A stretch of 64,000 nucleotides of DNA from assembly GCA_965204375.1 (NCBI GenBank), contig OZ241986.1, positions 5,600,001 to 5,664,000 of the forward strand, read 5' to 3'. Each line of letters begins with the position of its first letter. Position 1 is the first letter of the stretch. Below the pieces are notes generated by a model, which searched no databases, was not told the origin of the DNA, and saw only the letters and a list, made by a program, of their open reading frames with translations. The translations under genes were made by a program, and so were the position numbers. Origin of the DNA: Candidatus Latescibacterota bacterium. GTDB taxonomy: Bacteria; Latescibacterota; UBA2968. This document shows, piece after piece, positions 9,134 through 18,581 of this stretch.

Positions 9134-9919
9134 ATGACAGATAAAATTATTGTTCAGAAAGACGGCGGTGTTGGGCATATTCGCCTGAATCAGCCGGAGA
9201 AACACAATGCCATTTCTTATGATATGTGGCAGGGTATGGCGCGGGCTATTGACGATTTTGAATCGGATGATGCGGTTCGCGTTATTGTGCTTTCGGGCGA
9301 GGGTGGCAGGGCGTTTTCTGCGGGGGCGGATATTTCGCAGTTTGAGGAGAGACGTGCGTCGGCAGATGCGGTGGAGGTGTATAATGCGACTATGGGGCGC
9401 GCTTATGAGAAGCTCGCGCATGTACTCAAGCCCACGATTGCAAAAATTGCGGGGTATTGTATTGGTGGAGGGCTTGCTACTGCGCTGTGTTGCGATTTGC
9501 GGATTGCGTCCGATGATTCGTCTTTTGCCATTCCCGCCGCGAAGCTGGGCCTGGGGTATGGGTACGGGGCACTCAAACCGCTTGTGGGTCTGGTGGGTCC
9601 GTCCAATGCGTGCGAGATTTTGTTTACGGCGCGCCGGTTTAATGCTTCTGAGGCATACCACATGGGTCTGATTAACCGGGTTTTGTCGCGGGATGAATTA
9701 GACGCTTATGTGGATGATTATGCGGAGACTATTGCGGGCAATGCACCGCTTACGATTAGCGCGAGTAAGCAGATTATTGCAGAGATTGGCAAAGACGCGG
9801 ATCAGCGCGATCTCGATTTGTGTCAGCGGGTTATTGATGCCTGTTTTGAGAGTGAGGATTACAAAGAGGGCCGCGCGGCATTTATGGAGAAGCGCAAGCC
9901 GGATTTTCAGGGGAAATGA
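9134..9919 (+). CDS. enoyl-CoA hydratase/isomerase
   Basis: FSAGADI, IGGG, CDLRIA, EGRAAFMEKRKP. Confidence 0.93.
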   Translation: MTDKIIVQKDGGVGHIRLNQPEKHNAISYDMWQGMARAIDDFESDDAVRVIVLSGEGGRAFSAGADISQFEERRASADAVEVYNATMGRAYEKLAHVLKPTIAKIAGYCIGGGLATALCCDLRIASDDSSFAIPAAKLGLGYGYGALKPLVGLVGPSNACEILFTARRFNASEAYHMGLINRVLSRDELDAYVDDYAETIAGNAPLTISASKQIIAEIGKDADQRDLDLCQRVIDACFESEDYKEGRAAFMEKRKPDFQGK

Positions 9920-9920
9920 C

Positions 9921-10826
9921 CTATTCCCAAAGTGCTTTTAGGCGCGGGATCAAAATTTCTGTGTCGCGGTCGTGGACTTCTCCTTGCCACATCTGATTTG
10001 TTTGTGTGGGTGAGCGATCAAAGGAGGCCTGCATCAGGTCGGGCAGATCCAGTGTGCGGAAGCGGGTTTTGAAATAGCCGTCTTCTGTGAGCCAGACTTC
10101 GCGGAAGCCCAATGGGAAGCCTATCAGGCAGGCGGTGTCAACGATGAGGAAGTCGCGATACATGCGGATGCGGTTGATGTGTCTGTGTCCGGTGAAGATG
10201 GCGATGACAGCGGGCTGGTCTTTTACGGTTTCCATGAGTTGCTCGGCGTTGGCTACAATACCGCCCGGTACAAAGTCGGCCTGTGCTTCGTATTGGGGGA
10301 AGACCCAGGGGTGAATGAACAGGATGAGCGCACAACGATCGCTATAAGCTCTTGCGGCGGCTTCGCGCAAGATGCGGTCGTGCGCTTCTGTCCATGTGCC
10401 CAAACTGTCTTCCAGCGGGCTGACGGGATACACGTTGGCGAGCGCCAGGCGCAGGCGCGGCGCAGCTTCGACGATGTCCAGGGTTTCGGGGATGGGAAAT
10501 TGTCTGGCAAAAGCCTCAAAGCTCCCTTCCTGGGCATCGCAGTCGTGATTGCCCGGGACGTAGTATGTGGGCGCGTGAAGGCCGTCAAATGCCTTTTTGG
10601 CTTCGTCTATGGTTTGCAAGTAAATATCAAAGGGCATTTCAAAGGCGCCACCGCCGCAGACCACGTCGCCGCCGTGTACGATGAAGTCCGCGTTGCAGGC
10701 GTTGATGGCGGGTGTCATTGCACGGTGTATTTCATGGCTGCGCGTTAGCATTTTGGGCGCGCCGAAGTCTTTTTCGGCTGCAGCGTGATGATGGCTGTCT
10801 GTGACAAAGACAAAGTGTGAGGGCAT
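9921..10826 (-). CDS. calcineurin-like metallophosphoesterase
   Basis: DSH, GD, GNHD, HP and GHRH motifs; ATG 10826. Confidence 0.88.
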   Translation of the reverse strand: MPSHFVFVTDSHHHAAAEKDFGAPKMLTRSHEIHRAMTPAINACNADFIVHGGDVVCGGGAFEMPFDIYLQTIDEAKKAFDGLHAPTYYVPGNHDCDAQEGSFEAFARQFPIPETLDIVEAAPRLRLALANVYPVSPLEDSLGTWTEAHDRILREAAARAYSDRCALILFIHPWVFPQYEAQADFVPGGIVANAEQLMETVKDQPAVIAIFTGHRHINRIRMYRDFLIVDTACLIGFPLGFREVWLTEDGYFKTRFRTLDLPDLMQASFDRSPTQTNQMWQGEVHDRDTEILIPRLKALWE

Positions 10827-10840
10827 GGGGTCTCCTTGGG

Positions 10841-12250
10841 TCAGGGGTGCTTTGTTTTGAATTGAAATGCGTAAAGTCGGGCGCAGAGAATATAAAATCG
10901 CAGTTTTACGGTTGTTCCGATCAGGGTGCGTACATCGCCGCCCGACCAGGAGACGCGATGGCGCACGGAGTCGCCGATTACGGGTTCGCACGATTGGCGA
11001 TCAAATCCTTCGATGACTTCATTTTCGTCGTTTAATATTTCGACGCGTATCTCTCCCCAGGTTGCATCTGCGTTTATTTCCAGGTGGGTGCCCGAGAATT
11101 GTATGGGTATGGTTGTGATTGTGCCGCCGCTCGGTTTTTCACCTGCGTCAATCGAGATGAATCCATCCAGGCGCAGTGTTGCCAGTCCTATTCCGCTCTT
11201 TTCTTCAAACGGACGTCCCATCCCGTTCCAGTGTGGTCGGTTGCTGCCGTGGTAGTAGATGTGGATTTGATCTTTTACGACTGATGGCGCGCCGACCATG
11301 ATTTCTGCCGATTCATAACTGTTTGGTTCTCCCAGTGGTATGAATATGTCGCGATTTCCCGATCGACGCCAGTTTACATTGTCCCGGCTCGTGGCCAATT
11401 GTACCTGAAGTTTTCCGGTTCGCCAATCAAAAAGGCTGGGCATCATAATATAGGCATAGTCCGCTTGCGGGTACTTAAATGCAGCGGATGTGTAGATGTC
11501 TGTGTCTTCGGGGTCGTGTTCGTCTGGTTTCAGGACGATTGTCGGTGTGGTCCAGTGGATGAAGTCTTCGGATTCGATGCGTCCCAATGCGCGGTGTCGC
11601 TTTCGCGGTCTCTGGTTTATGCGTACGTATGCGACGTATTTGTCGTTGTCCTGTACTGCGACGTTGAAGGTGTCAAAGACGCCGGGTAAGACGGTTTTGG
11701 GGTGTTTTGTCCAGTGGATGCCGTCCGAGGAGAATGCGACTTTTAGTCCGCCGCCTTCTTCGATGGTTTTGTAGAGCATTTTGTATTTTTTTTCGAGGTT
11801 CTTTTCACCAGGTGTTTTTAAGACGCATACGCCGCCACTTCCGCCAGGTCCGGGGTCCAGCAGGAGGTTGGTTTTTGCGGATCCCTCATGGGGCAGGATG
11901 TCGAGGGTGGGTTTTGTCCATTTGAGCCCATCTTCAGAGGTGGCATAGGCCATGAGTACTGCACTGTCTTTGCCGTATTTATGGGTTCGGTTTGTGTACC
12001 ACATTTTGTAGATTTGGTCTTCTTCATCCCAGAGGACGGAACCGTAGAGTTGTACCTGCAATTCCCAGGGCATGTCGGGTACGAGCAGCGGGTTGTGCGG
12101 ATGTTTTACCGGCTGGTGCATGACATAGCGAATCCCTTCGGCGCGTTCTATCAGGAATCCGTCGTCCAGAAAGAGTTGCTTCTGATCGCCCACGTCGATA
12201 TGACGCCCCACATGCCGGGGCCAACTTGCATAATTTATGTCTGATGCCAT
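10841..12250 (-). CDS. glycoside-hydrolase-like beta-propeller protein (GH32/43/130-like)
   Basis: Repeated S-x-D-G-x-x-W blades (ATSEDGLKW, FSSDGIHW, ESEDFIHW, ATSRDNVNW) and a C-terminal LRLDGF. Confidence 0.65.
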   Translation of the reverse strand: MASDINYASWPRHVGRHIDVGDQKQLFLDDGFLIERAEGIRYVMHQPVKHPHNPLLVPDMPWELQVQLYGSVLWDEEDQIYKMWYTNRTHKYGKDSAVLMAYATSEDGLKWTKPTLDILPHEGSAKTNLLLDPGPGGSGGVCVLKTPGEKNLEKKYKMLYKTIEEGGGLKVAFSSDGIHWTKHPKTVLPGVFDTFNVAVQDNDKYVAYVRINQRPRKRHRALGRIESEDFIHWTTPTIVLKPDEHDPEDTDIYTSAAFKYPQADYAYIMMPSLFDWRTGKLQVQLATSRDNVNWRRSGNRDIFIPLGEPNSYESAEIMVGAPSVVKDQIHIYYHGSNRPHWNGMGRPFEEKSGIGLATLRLDGFISIDAGEKPSGGTITTIPIQFSGTHLEINADATWGEIRVEILNDENEVIEGFDRQSCEPVIGDSVRHRVSWSGGDVRTLIGTTVKLRFYILCARLYAFQFKTKHP

Positions 12251-12272
12251 GAGATTGTCTCCTGATTTTAAT

Positions 12273-12438
12273 ATCTGATGTTACGCATAGGCACACTATA
12301 CTGCGCCTGTCATTCTGAGCGGAGCGCAGCGGAGTCGAAGAATCTTCTACCACATATTACTTTATGAGTAAAAGATGCTTCGTCAGCCTGTCGGCTTCCT
12401 CAGCATGACAGAAACGTAAGACAGGCGTAACGTCAGTT
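12273..12438. mobile_element. MITE-like element with terminal inverted repeats and an internal palindrome
   Basis: Ends atctgatgttacgc and gcgtaacgtcagtt (12/14 inverted match), AAT on both sides; inner arms ctgtcattctgag...gaagaatctt and aagatgcttc...ctcagcatgacag. Confidence 0.6.
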
Positions 12439-12531
12439 AATATTATGGGATCATTTTAATATTGTGGGATAAAGAAGTATAGCGTTTTTTCTATTGGTTG
12501 ATAGGGACAAATGGTTGATAGGGATAAGCCG

Positions 12532-12565
12532 CCGTCATCGCGGCAGGGTTTCAGCCACGATCCAG
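12532..12565. repeat. second copy of the GTCATCGCGGCAGG palindromic repeat
   Basis: ccgtcatcgcggcagg is identical to 3910-3925 and is followed by agcc(a/g)cgat(c/t)cag. Confidence 0.7.
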
Positions 12566-12670
12566 AAGGTTTTTTTGTCATTACTGTTGTTGTGGTTGTG
12601 TGTTGCACGATGCGCATGACGTCATCCAGTGGTTTTGAGTCGCCTGTAATATCAAATACAAGGGGTATCC

Positions 12671-14719
12671 ATGGCAAATAATTCGAGTACCCGTGCGGAT
12701 TTTGGTGAACATATCGGTTTTATCTGGTCCATTGCGGAACTTCTGCGGGGTAATTACAAGCAATCGGAGTATGGGAAGGTGGTGCTGCCGTTCACGGTTT
12801 TGCGACGGCTCGATTGCGTGCTCGTGCCGACAAAAGACGCTGTGCAGGCGCAGTTGGAAAATTTGCCTGAGAATATTGACGAGACGATGCGCGAAACCAT
12901 GCTCAATATGGCGAGTGAAAATAATTTTCACAATACCAGTCCGTTTACCTTTGAGAAGTTGCTGGATGATCCCGATAATATCGCTGCGAATTTGAACAAT
13001 ATGATTAACGGGTTTTCGTATGATGCGCGTGATATTTTTATCGATCGGTTTAATCTGCCCGAGCAGATTGCGCGGCTTGACCGGGATAATTTGCTCTATC
13101 TGATCGTCAGTCGCTTTGCACAGGCAGATTTGCATCCGGATCGCGTTTCCAATCTGCAGATGGGCTATATTTTTGAAGAACTCATCCGTAGGTTTTCCGA
13201 GCAGAGCAATGAGACGGCTGGCGAGCATTTTACCCCTCGTGAAGTTATCCGGTTGATGGTCAATCTTCTGTTTTTAGAGGATGAGGCCGCGCTTACCCAG
13301 CGGGGTATTATTCGCAAGTTGTATGATCCGGCGTGTGGCACGGGGGGAATGCTTTCTATTGCGGAGGAGTATCTCAGAGAACTCAATCCAGAAGCCAGTT
13401 TGATCGTGTATGGGCAGGAGTTGAATGATGAAAGTTATGCGACCTGTAAATCAGATATGATGATCAAGGGACAAGATGCGAAGAATATTCATCCCGGCAA
13501 TAGTTTTACAGAGGATGGCCTTCCCGATGAGCAATTCGACTATATGTTGTCCAATCCGCCGTTTGGGGTGGATTGGAAGAAGGTGGCATCTGAGATTAAG
13601 GATGAAGCCAATCTCTTCGGTTATAAGGGACGCTTTGGCGCGGGTCTTCCGCGTGTTAGCGATGGTTCTTTGCTTTTTGTGCAGCACATGATTTCAAAGT
13701 TCAATCAGAATGGCGAGTTGTCCCGCCTGGCTGTTGTGCTCAATGGGTCGCCCCTTTTTTCAGGTAGTGCAGGAAGTGGGGAGAGTGAGATCCGTCGCTG
13801 GATTATTGAGAATGATTATTTGGAAGCGATTATAGCTCTGCCTACAGATATGTTTTACAACACGGGTATTGCGACTTATATCTGGATTATTACGAATCAG
13901 AAGACGCCGCAGCGCAAGGGTAAAGTGCAATTGATTGATGCCGCAGATTTTCACGTTGCGATGCGCCAGAGCTTGGGTAGCAAGCGCAAGCAGATTTCCG
14001 ATCAACAGATTGAGGAGATTACGCAGTTGTTTGGCGATTTTGAGGTTGTGGAGGCATGTCCTGAAAAGGGTTTATCCAGAGATCGGGTGAAGATTTTTGA
14101 CAATGTTGACTTTGGGTATCAGCGCATTACTGTCGAACGGCCGCTCAAGCGCAATTTTCAGGTGTGTGAAGATCGCATTGAGATTCTCAAATCGGCGAGG
14201 AGCTTTATTCGTTTGCCGCAGGAACAGCAACAGCGCGTTCTTGAGGTTCTGGCTACGCTTGAGGGTGATTGTCTGTATAAAAATCGTGATGAGTTTATTG
14301 GCATTCTTACGGGTGCTTTTACAGAGGCGCAGGTGAATATTACTACGGCTCAGTTGAAGTTGATTTATCAATCGCTGGGCGAGTATGACGAGACCGCTGA
14401 GGTTTGTACCAATCGCAAGGGCGAGCCAGAACCCGATCCCGATTTGAGGGATTATGAGAATGTGCCGTTGCGAGAGGACATTGATGCGTATTTCGAACGC
14501 GAAATCCAGCCCCATGTGCCCGATGCTTGGATAGATTACAGCAAGACAAAAGTGGGTTATGAAATTCCCTTTAACCGGTATTTCTATACGTTCAAACCGC
14601 CCCGTGCATTAGATGAAATTGGTACGGATTTGATAGGTGTGACGGATAGTATTGTCGAGATGATTGAAGATGTGACGGATGGGATTGTTGAAACGGTTGG
14701 AGGGATTTTGAATGGGTAA
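12671..14719 (+). CDS. hsdM: type I restriction-modification methyltransferase subunit
   Basis: IWSIAELLRG, GEHFTPREV, DPACGTGGM, NPPF, DMFYNTGI. Confidence 0.97.
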   Translation: MANNSSTRADFGEHIGFIWSIAELLRGNYKQSEYGKVVLPFTVLRRLDCVLVPTKDAVQAQLENLPENIDETMRETMLNMASENNFHNTSPFTFEKLLDDPDNIAANLNNMINGFSYDARDIFIDRFNLPEQIARLDRDNLLYLIVSRFAQADLHPDRVSNLQMGYIFEELIRRFSEQSNETAGEHFTPREVIRLMVNLLFLEDEAALTQRGIIRKLYDPACGTGGMLSIAEEYLRELNPEASLIVYGQELNDESYATCKSDMMIKGQDAKNIHPGNSFTEDGLPDEQFDYMLSNPPFGVDWKKVASEIKDEANLFGYKGRFGAGLPRVSDGSLLFVQHMISKFNQNGELSRLAVVLNGSPLFSGSAGSGESEIRRWIIENDYLEAIIALPTDMFYNTGIATYIWIITNQKTPQRKGKVQLIDAADFHVAMRQSLGSKRKQISDQQIEEITQLFGDFEVVEACPEKGLSRDRVKIFDNVDFGYQRITVERPLKRNFQVCEDRIEILKSARSFIRLPQEQQQRVLEVLATLEGDCLYKNRDEFIGILTGAFTEAQVNITTAQLKLIYQSLGEYDETAEVCTNRKGEPEPDPDLRDYENVPLREDIDAYFEREIQPHVPDAWIDYSKTKVGYEIPFNRYFYTFKPPRALDEIGTDLIGVTDSIVEMIEDVTDGIVETVGGILNG

Positions 14720-14820
14720 AGAGGTGATTCATTGTAGGGGCGAAAAACCTTTCGCCCCATGTGTGGATTTAGCAATTACATCCAGAAGCATTGTAGGGGC
14801 GAGGATGCGGGGGCCAAAAT

Positions 14821-15408
14821 ATGCGATATGATCCTAAACACCATCGCCGTTCAATTCGTTTGAAGGGGTTCGATTATACTCGGGAAGGTGCGTATTTCGT
14901 GACGATTTGTACCCAAAATCAGGCGTGTCTGTTCGGCGAAATTGTGAACGGACAGATGCAGTTGAGCGATGTGGGTGAGGTCGCCGATACATGTTGGCGG
15001 GCTATTCCCGAACATTTTCCCAGGGTTGTATTAGATGCCTTTGTGATTATGCCGAATCATGTGCATGGTATCATTTGGATAGGGCTAGCAAATAGGGTGA
15101 ATGTAGGGGCGAAAAATCTTTCGCCCCTACCGCCCCCACCACCCCGACCATCCCAACGGGACACATCGGCATTTCGGTCGCCATCGAAAACGGTCGGTTC
15201 CATTGTGCGCGGTTTCAAAATTGGCGTTACCAAATGGGTGCGGTCAAACAAAAATTTCTATACCGTATGGCAACGCAATTATTACGAACACATCATCCGG
15301 AATGACACCGCCCTGAACCGCCTTAGACAATATATTACAGACAATCCGGCACGCTGGGAGGATGACCGAGAAAACCCCATCCATCACAGCAAAGGACATA
15401 CATCATGA
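14821..15408 (+). mobile_element. REP-associated tyrosine (HUH, Y1) transposase, RAYT
   Basis: RRSIRLKGFDY...YFVTICT, MPNHVH (HUH), WQRNYYEHIIR, YI..NP.RW. Confidence 0.92.
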
Positions 15409-15519
15409 TTCATACCATCAGACCCAAGACCAGTGCCGTAGGGGCGAACAATGCGGGTGAATTGGGTAATGTTGAGGCGAATGATGCAAATGTAGGGGCG
15501 AAAAACCTTTCGCCCCGTG

Positions 15520-15589
15520 CGTAGATTTACACGCCAAAATTTGTTTCGGGTGCGGCAATTTTACACAACCTATCGGGACGATGAAGAAG
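15520..15589 (+). pseudogene. fragment of a YhcG/DUF1016-like N-terminal domain
   Basis: RRFTRQNLFRVRQFYTTYRDDE resembles the GF.R.NL.RMRQFY..Y signature; bounded by REPs on both sides. Confidence 0.55.
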
Positions 15590-15648
15590 GTAGGGGCGAG
15601 GCATGCCTCGCCCGATTTGCAATGCGAGTCCGCCGAGGAGAACGACAC

Positions 15649-16929
15649 ATGAGCTTTAAGAAGTATGAAGCATATAAGGAGAGTGGGGTTGAGTGGTTGG
15701 GAGAAGTGCCGAAGCATTGGGTGATTGGAAAAGTGAAATATGTTACTGAAAACTTGGATAAATCCAGAGTTCCTTTAAGCTCTCTGGAACGTGGAAAAAG
15801 ACCGGGTATATATCCCTATTATGGTGCATCAGGAATCATAGATTACATTGATGACTACCTATTCGACGAGGATACCATATTGTTTGGCGAAGATGGTGCA
15901 AATCTTTTGGCTCGCTCTACGCCACTTGCTTTTCTTGCCACGGGAAAATATTGGGTTAACAATCACGCCCATGTCCTTAAGGCAAAGGATGGTCTTAATC
16001 GCTTTTGGGTTATGGTCTTAGAAAATATTGATATTACACCCGTAGTAAGTGGTTCTGCTCAACCGAAATTAACATCAGAAGCATTGGGCAATTTGAATGT
16101 TGTTTATCCACCAAGTATTGATGAACGTCAAGAAATTCTCACATTCCTCGATAAAGAAACGATAAAGATCGACACCCTCATTGACAAGCAAGAGCAATTG
16201 ATCGCACTGCTTCAGGAAAAGCGACAGGCGGTCATTTCACATGCCGTTACCAGAGGGTTGGACCCGAATGTGAGGATGAAAGACAGTGGGATTGAATGGT
16301 TGGGTGAGGTGCCGGCGCATTGGGAGGTCTCCCTCCTCAAACGGTGGTATCAGGTCACATTGGGCAAGATGCTCAAGTCCAAACAAACATCACCTGATGA
16401 AACTGAAGATCCTTACCTGAGAGCAGCAAATATCCATTGGCAGGGTGTGGATATGACTGATGTCAAACGCATGTGGTTCACGCCAGAAGAAAAGAAGAAA
16501 CTGAAACTTTATAGAGATGATTTGTTGGTCAGCGAGGGCGGTGATGTTGGCCGAAGTTCGCTTTGGAATGAGGAGATTGAAGACTGTTATATTCAGAACT
16601 CAATCAATCGCATTAGAGCACGCGAGGATGCAGACACGCGGTTTCTTTTTTACTGGATGTATTTCATCAAGCACGCGGACTACATAGATATGATCTGCAA
16701 TAAAGCAACCATTGCCCATTTTACCGTTGAAAAGGTTGAGGCGACCCCATGCGTGTATCTACCATTGGAAGAACAAAAGCAAATCGCTGCGTTTCTTGAT
16801 AGCGAAACAACGAAAATCGATACTCTCATTGAAAAATGTGAAACGGCGATTGAGCTACTCAAAGAACGCCGCACCGCGCTGATTTCTGCTGCGGTGACGG
16901 GGAAGATTGATGTGCGGGATGCAGGCTAA
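15649..16929 (+). CDS. hsdS: type I R-M specificity subunit
   Basis: Two conserved repeats (YKESGVEWLGEVPKHW and MKDSGIEWLGEVPAHW), two TRDs and the ALISAAVTGKIDVR end; GAGGAG RBS before ATG 15649. Confidence 0.96.
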   Translation: MSFKKYEAYKESGVEWLGEVPKHWVIGKVKYVTENLDKSRVPLSSLERGKRPGIYPYYGASGIIDYIDDYLFDEDTILFGEDGANLLARSTPLAFLATGKYWVNNHAHVLKAKDGLNRFWVMVLENIDITPVVSGSAQPKLTSEALGNLNVVYPPSIDERQEILTFLDKETIKIDTLIDKQEQLIALLQEKRQAVISHAVTRGLDPNVRMKDSGIEWLGEVPAHWEVSLLKRWYQVTLGKMLKSKQTSPDETEDPYLRAANIHWQGVDMTDVKRMWFTPEEKKKLKLYRDDLLVSEGGDVGRSSLWNEEIEDCYIQNSINRIRAREDADTRFLFYWMYFIKHADYIDMICNKATIAHFTVEKVEATPCVYLPLEEQKQIAAFLDSETTKIDTLIEKCETAIELLKERRTALISAAVTGKIDVRDAG

Positions 16930-16943
16930 AGAGGCAGGGTAGT

Positions 16944-18581
16944 TTAAAGGTTGAAGTGATCAGCGATTGCATCCAGTTTCTCGCTTACTTCTGGGTGAAT
17001 TTCCTCTTTTGTCATTTGCTCGGCAATTTGGTAGTAGTCGTTTTCTTGTACGTCTATTTCCGATTCCTGCATGATTTTGGAAAGAATATTCTTTGCCTTG
17101 GTATCTTGCAAATAATCCGATGGGCTGAAAGGATCTTCATACAATGCAGGAGGGAATTGCTGCCTCATATAATTATCTGCTCTGTCTGCTGCTTCTTGTC
17201 CGCTGACGCTTTTCACAAAACGTACGATAGATTTGGGATGAATAAGATAGCTTTCAATTTCGTAACGGCCCCAGTGCATCCGTGCCAATCCATTTTGTAA
17301 ATTTTTCGGGTCTGTATTGACCTCACGTCCATCGCTGTCACGCAATTCTATGCCAGGGATACCTTGTTGTACCAATTTCAATGCTTCAAAGTGTCTTTCC
17401 GCCTTTATGCCATCTACGTCTGGATGCGTCTGGTAAATGGTTGGCTTCCAAAAAGGTTTATCAAGAAATGAGAAGAGGGGATGAGCCAATTTTTCTGCCC
17501 AAACGCGCAGAATGGCGATGTCGGAGTGTCCTTCCACGTATAAGATTCCTGGTGCGGTGAGTGCTAAGGCGATATCTACATTGTCTAGCGCGGTGAGGGA
17601 AGTAATCAAGGCGACACGTTCCGATTTGTCAGCGGCAATTTGGGGTCGTCCATCCATCAAGACGCATAAACGCTGTGGAGCAACGGCGTTAATAAGTCGC
17701 TCTGAATGCGTGGCAATAATCAGTTGTGTTCCGTTTTGATGGGCATAGTCGCGCAAATCTCGATACATTTTGTCCTGTAACAAGATATGCAAATGTGCAT
17801 CAGGCTCGTCAATTAACAATACCGATGCTTCTTTCGCCAGTAAAGCAGAGTAAACCAATAAAACCTGTAGAAACCCACTTGCCGCACTGCTCAAGTCATA
17901 AGTTTGGCCTTGCTCCGAATGACGGTAAGGGGCGTATATTTCAGCACCGGCACTTGGAGATAATAACTCATAACCAAAAAAAGACTTGACGACTTCTTGC
18001 AACTTCTGCCATTTCTGGGCATCCTGGCTGACGGCAAGAAGGAGATTACGCAACACGCTACCCGCCTGCGCTCGTGCTAATCGAGCTGGGATAACTACGG
18101 GATCAAAAGGAGACTCTTTAATCTCCACACCTGAGAGGGGCGGGATATAAGTGGGAATGAGCGGATCATTGATATACCGCTCTAGATCATTTTCGCTCAC
18201 ATCCTTCGCAGGACGAATAACCGCCAACTCTGTCTCTTTATAGACGATCTCAAAGCCGATTTTCCATTGGTTCGTATGCAACCAGACAGATGCGGATTCT
18301 TGAACGTTCTTATCTTTCCAAAGATGGCCAAAGTCTGCCAGTGGAACCGAATGGAAGCTCAACAAGTTAAGGTTAATTGGGGGATAGTTCTCGTCTTCTT
18401 CTCGGGCCAGATCCGGGTTATTTTCCGACCACTGGAAGGCGATTTCCGACCAGGCAGCGATAGCCTGGAGAAGCGATGTCTTACCAGAGTTGTTTGGTCC
18501 GGCGATGACGAGATGGGCTGGAAGATCAAATTCCAGGTGCTCGAATTTTTTAAAGTTATTGATGAGGACTCTACGGATCAT
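16944..18581 (-). CDS. ABC/AAA ATPase plus TOPRIM protein (OLD-family-like ATP-dependent nuclease)
   Basis: GPNNSGKT Walker A, ASG signature region, LLIDEPDAHLH Walker B, ATHS H-loop, TOPRIM YVEGHSD and RDSD (DxD), YEIESY. Confidence 0.85.
   Translation of the reverse strand: MIRRVLINNFKKFEHLEFDLPAHLVIAGPNNSGKTSLLQAIAAWSEIAFQWSENNPDLAREEDENYPPINLNLLSFHSVPLADFGHLWKDKNVQESASVWLHTNQWKIGFEIVYKETELAVIRPAKDVSENDLERYINDPLIPTYIPPLSGVEIKESPFDPVVIPARLARAQAGSVLRNLLLAVSQDAQKWQKLQEVVKSFFGYELLSPSAGAEIYAPYRHSEQGQTYDLSSAASGFLQVLLVYSALLAKEASVLLIDEPDAHLHILLQDKMYRDLRDYAHQNGTQLIIATHSERLINAVAPQRLCVLMDGRPQIAADKSERVALITSLTALDNVDIALALTAPGILYVEGHSDIAILRVWAEKLAHPLFSFLDKPFWKPTIYQTHPDVDGIKAERHFEALKLVQQGIPGIELRDSDGREVNTDPKNLQNGLARMHWGRYEIESYLIHPKSIVRFVKSVSGQEAADRADNYMRQQFPPALYEDPFSPSDYLQDTKAKNILSKIMQESEIDVQENDYYQIAEQMTKEEIHPEVSEKLDAIADHFNL

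Larger units (their letters stand above)
14734..15614. repeat. six GTAG-family REP copies around and inside the RAYT gene
   Basis: GTAGGGGCG at 14734, 14793, 15103, 15438, 15492 and 15590; the best palindrome is gtaggggcgaaaaatctttcgcccctac at 15103-15130. Confidence 0.85.

Noticed and set aside
14040-14085. Possible repeat-derived insert in HsdM (VEACPEKGLSRD)
   Set aside because: No second copy or palindrome in the window to support it.
14734-15614. CRISPR array
   Set aside because: Repeats are degenerate, irregularly spaced, one lies inside an ORF, and there are no cas genes; they fit REPs of the RAYT.
15517-15648. N-terminal extension of HsdS in the ORF track
   Set aside because: Made of REP DNA and a gene fragment; the RBS and conserved HsdS start are at 15649.
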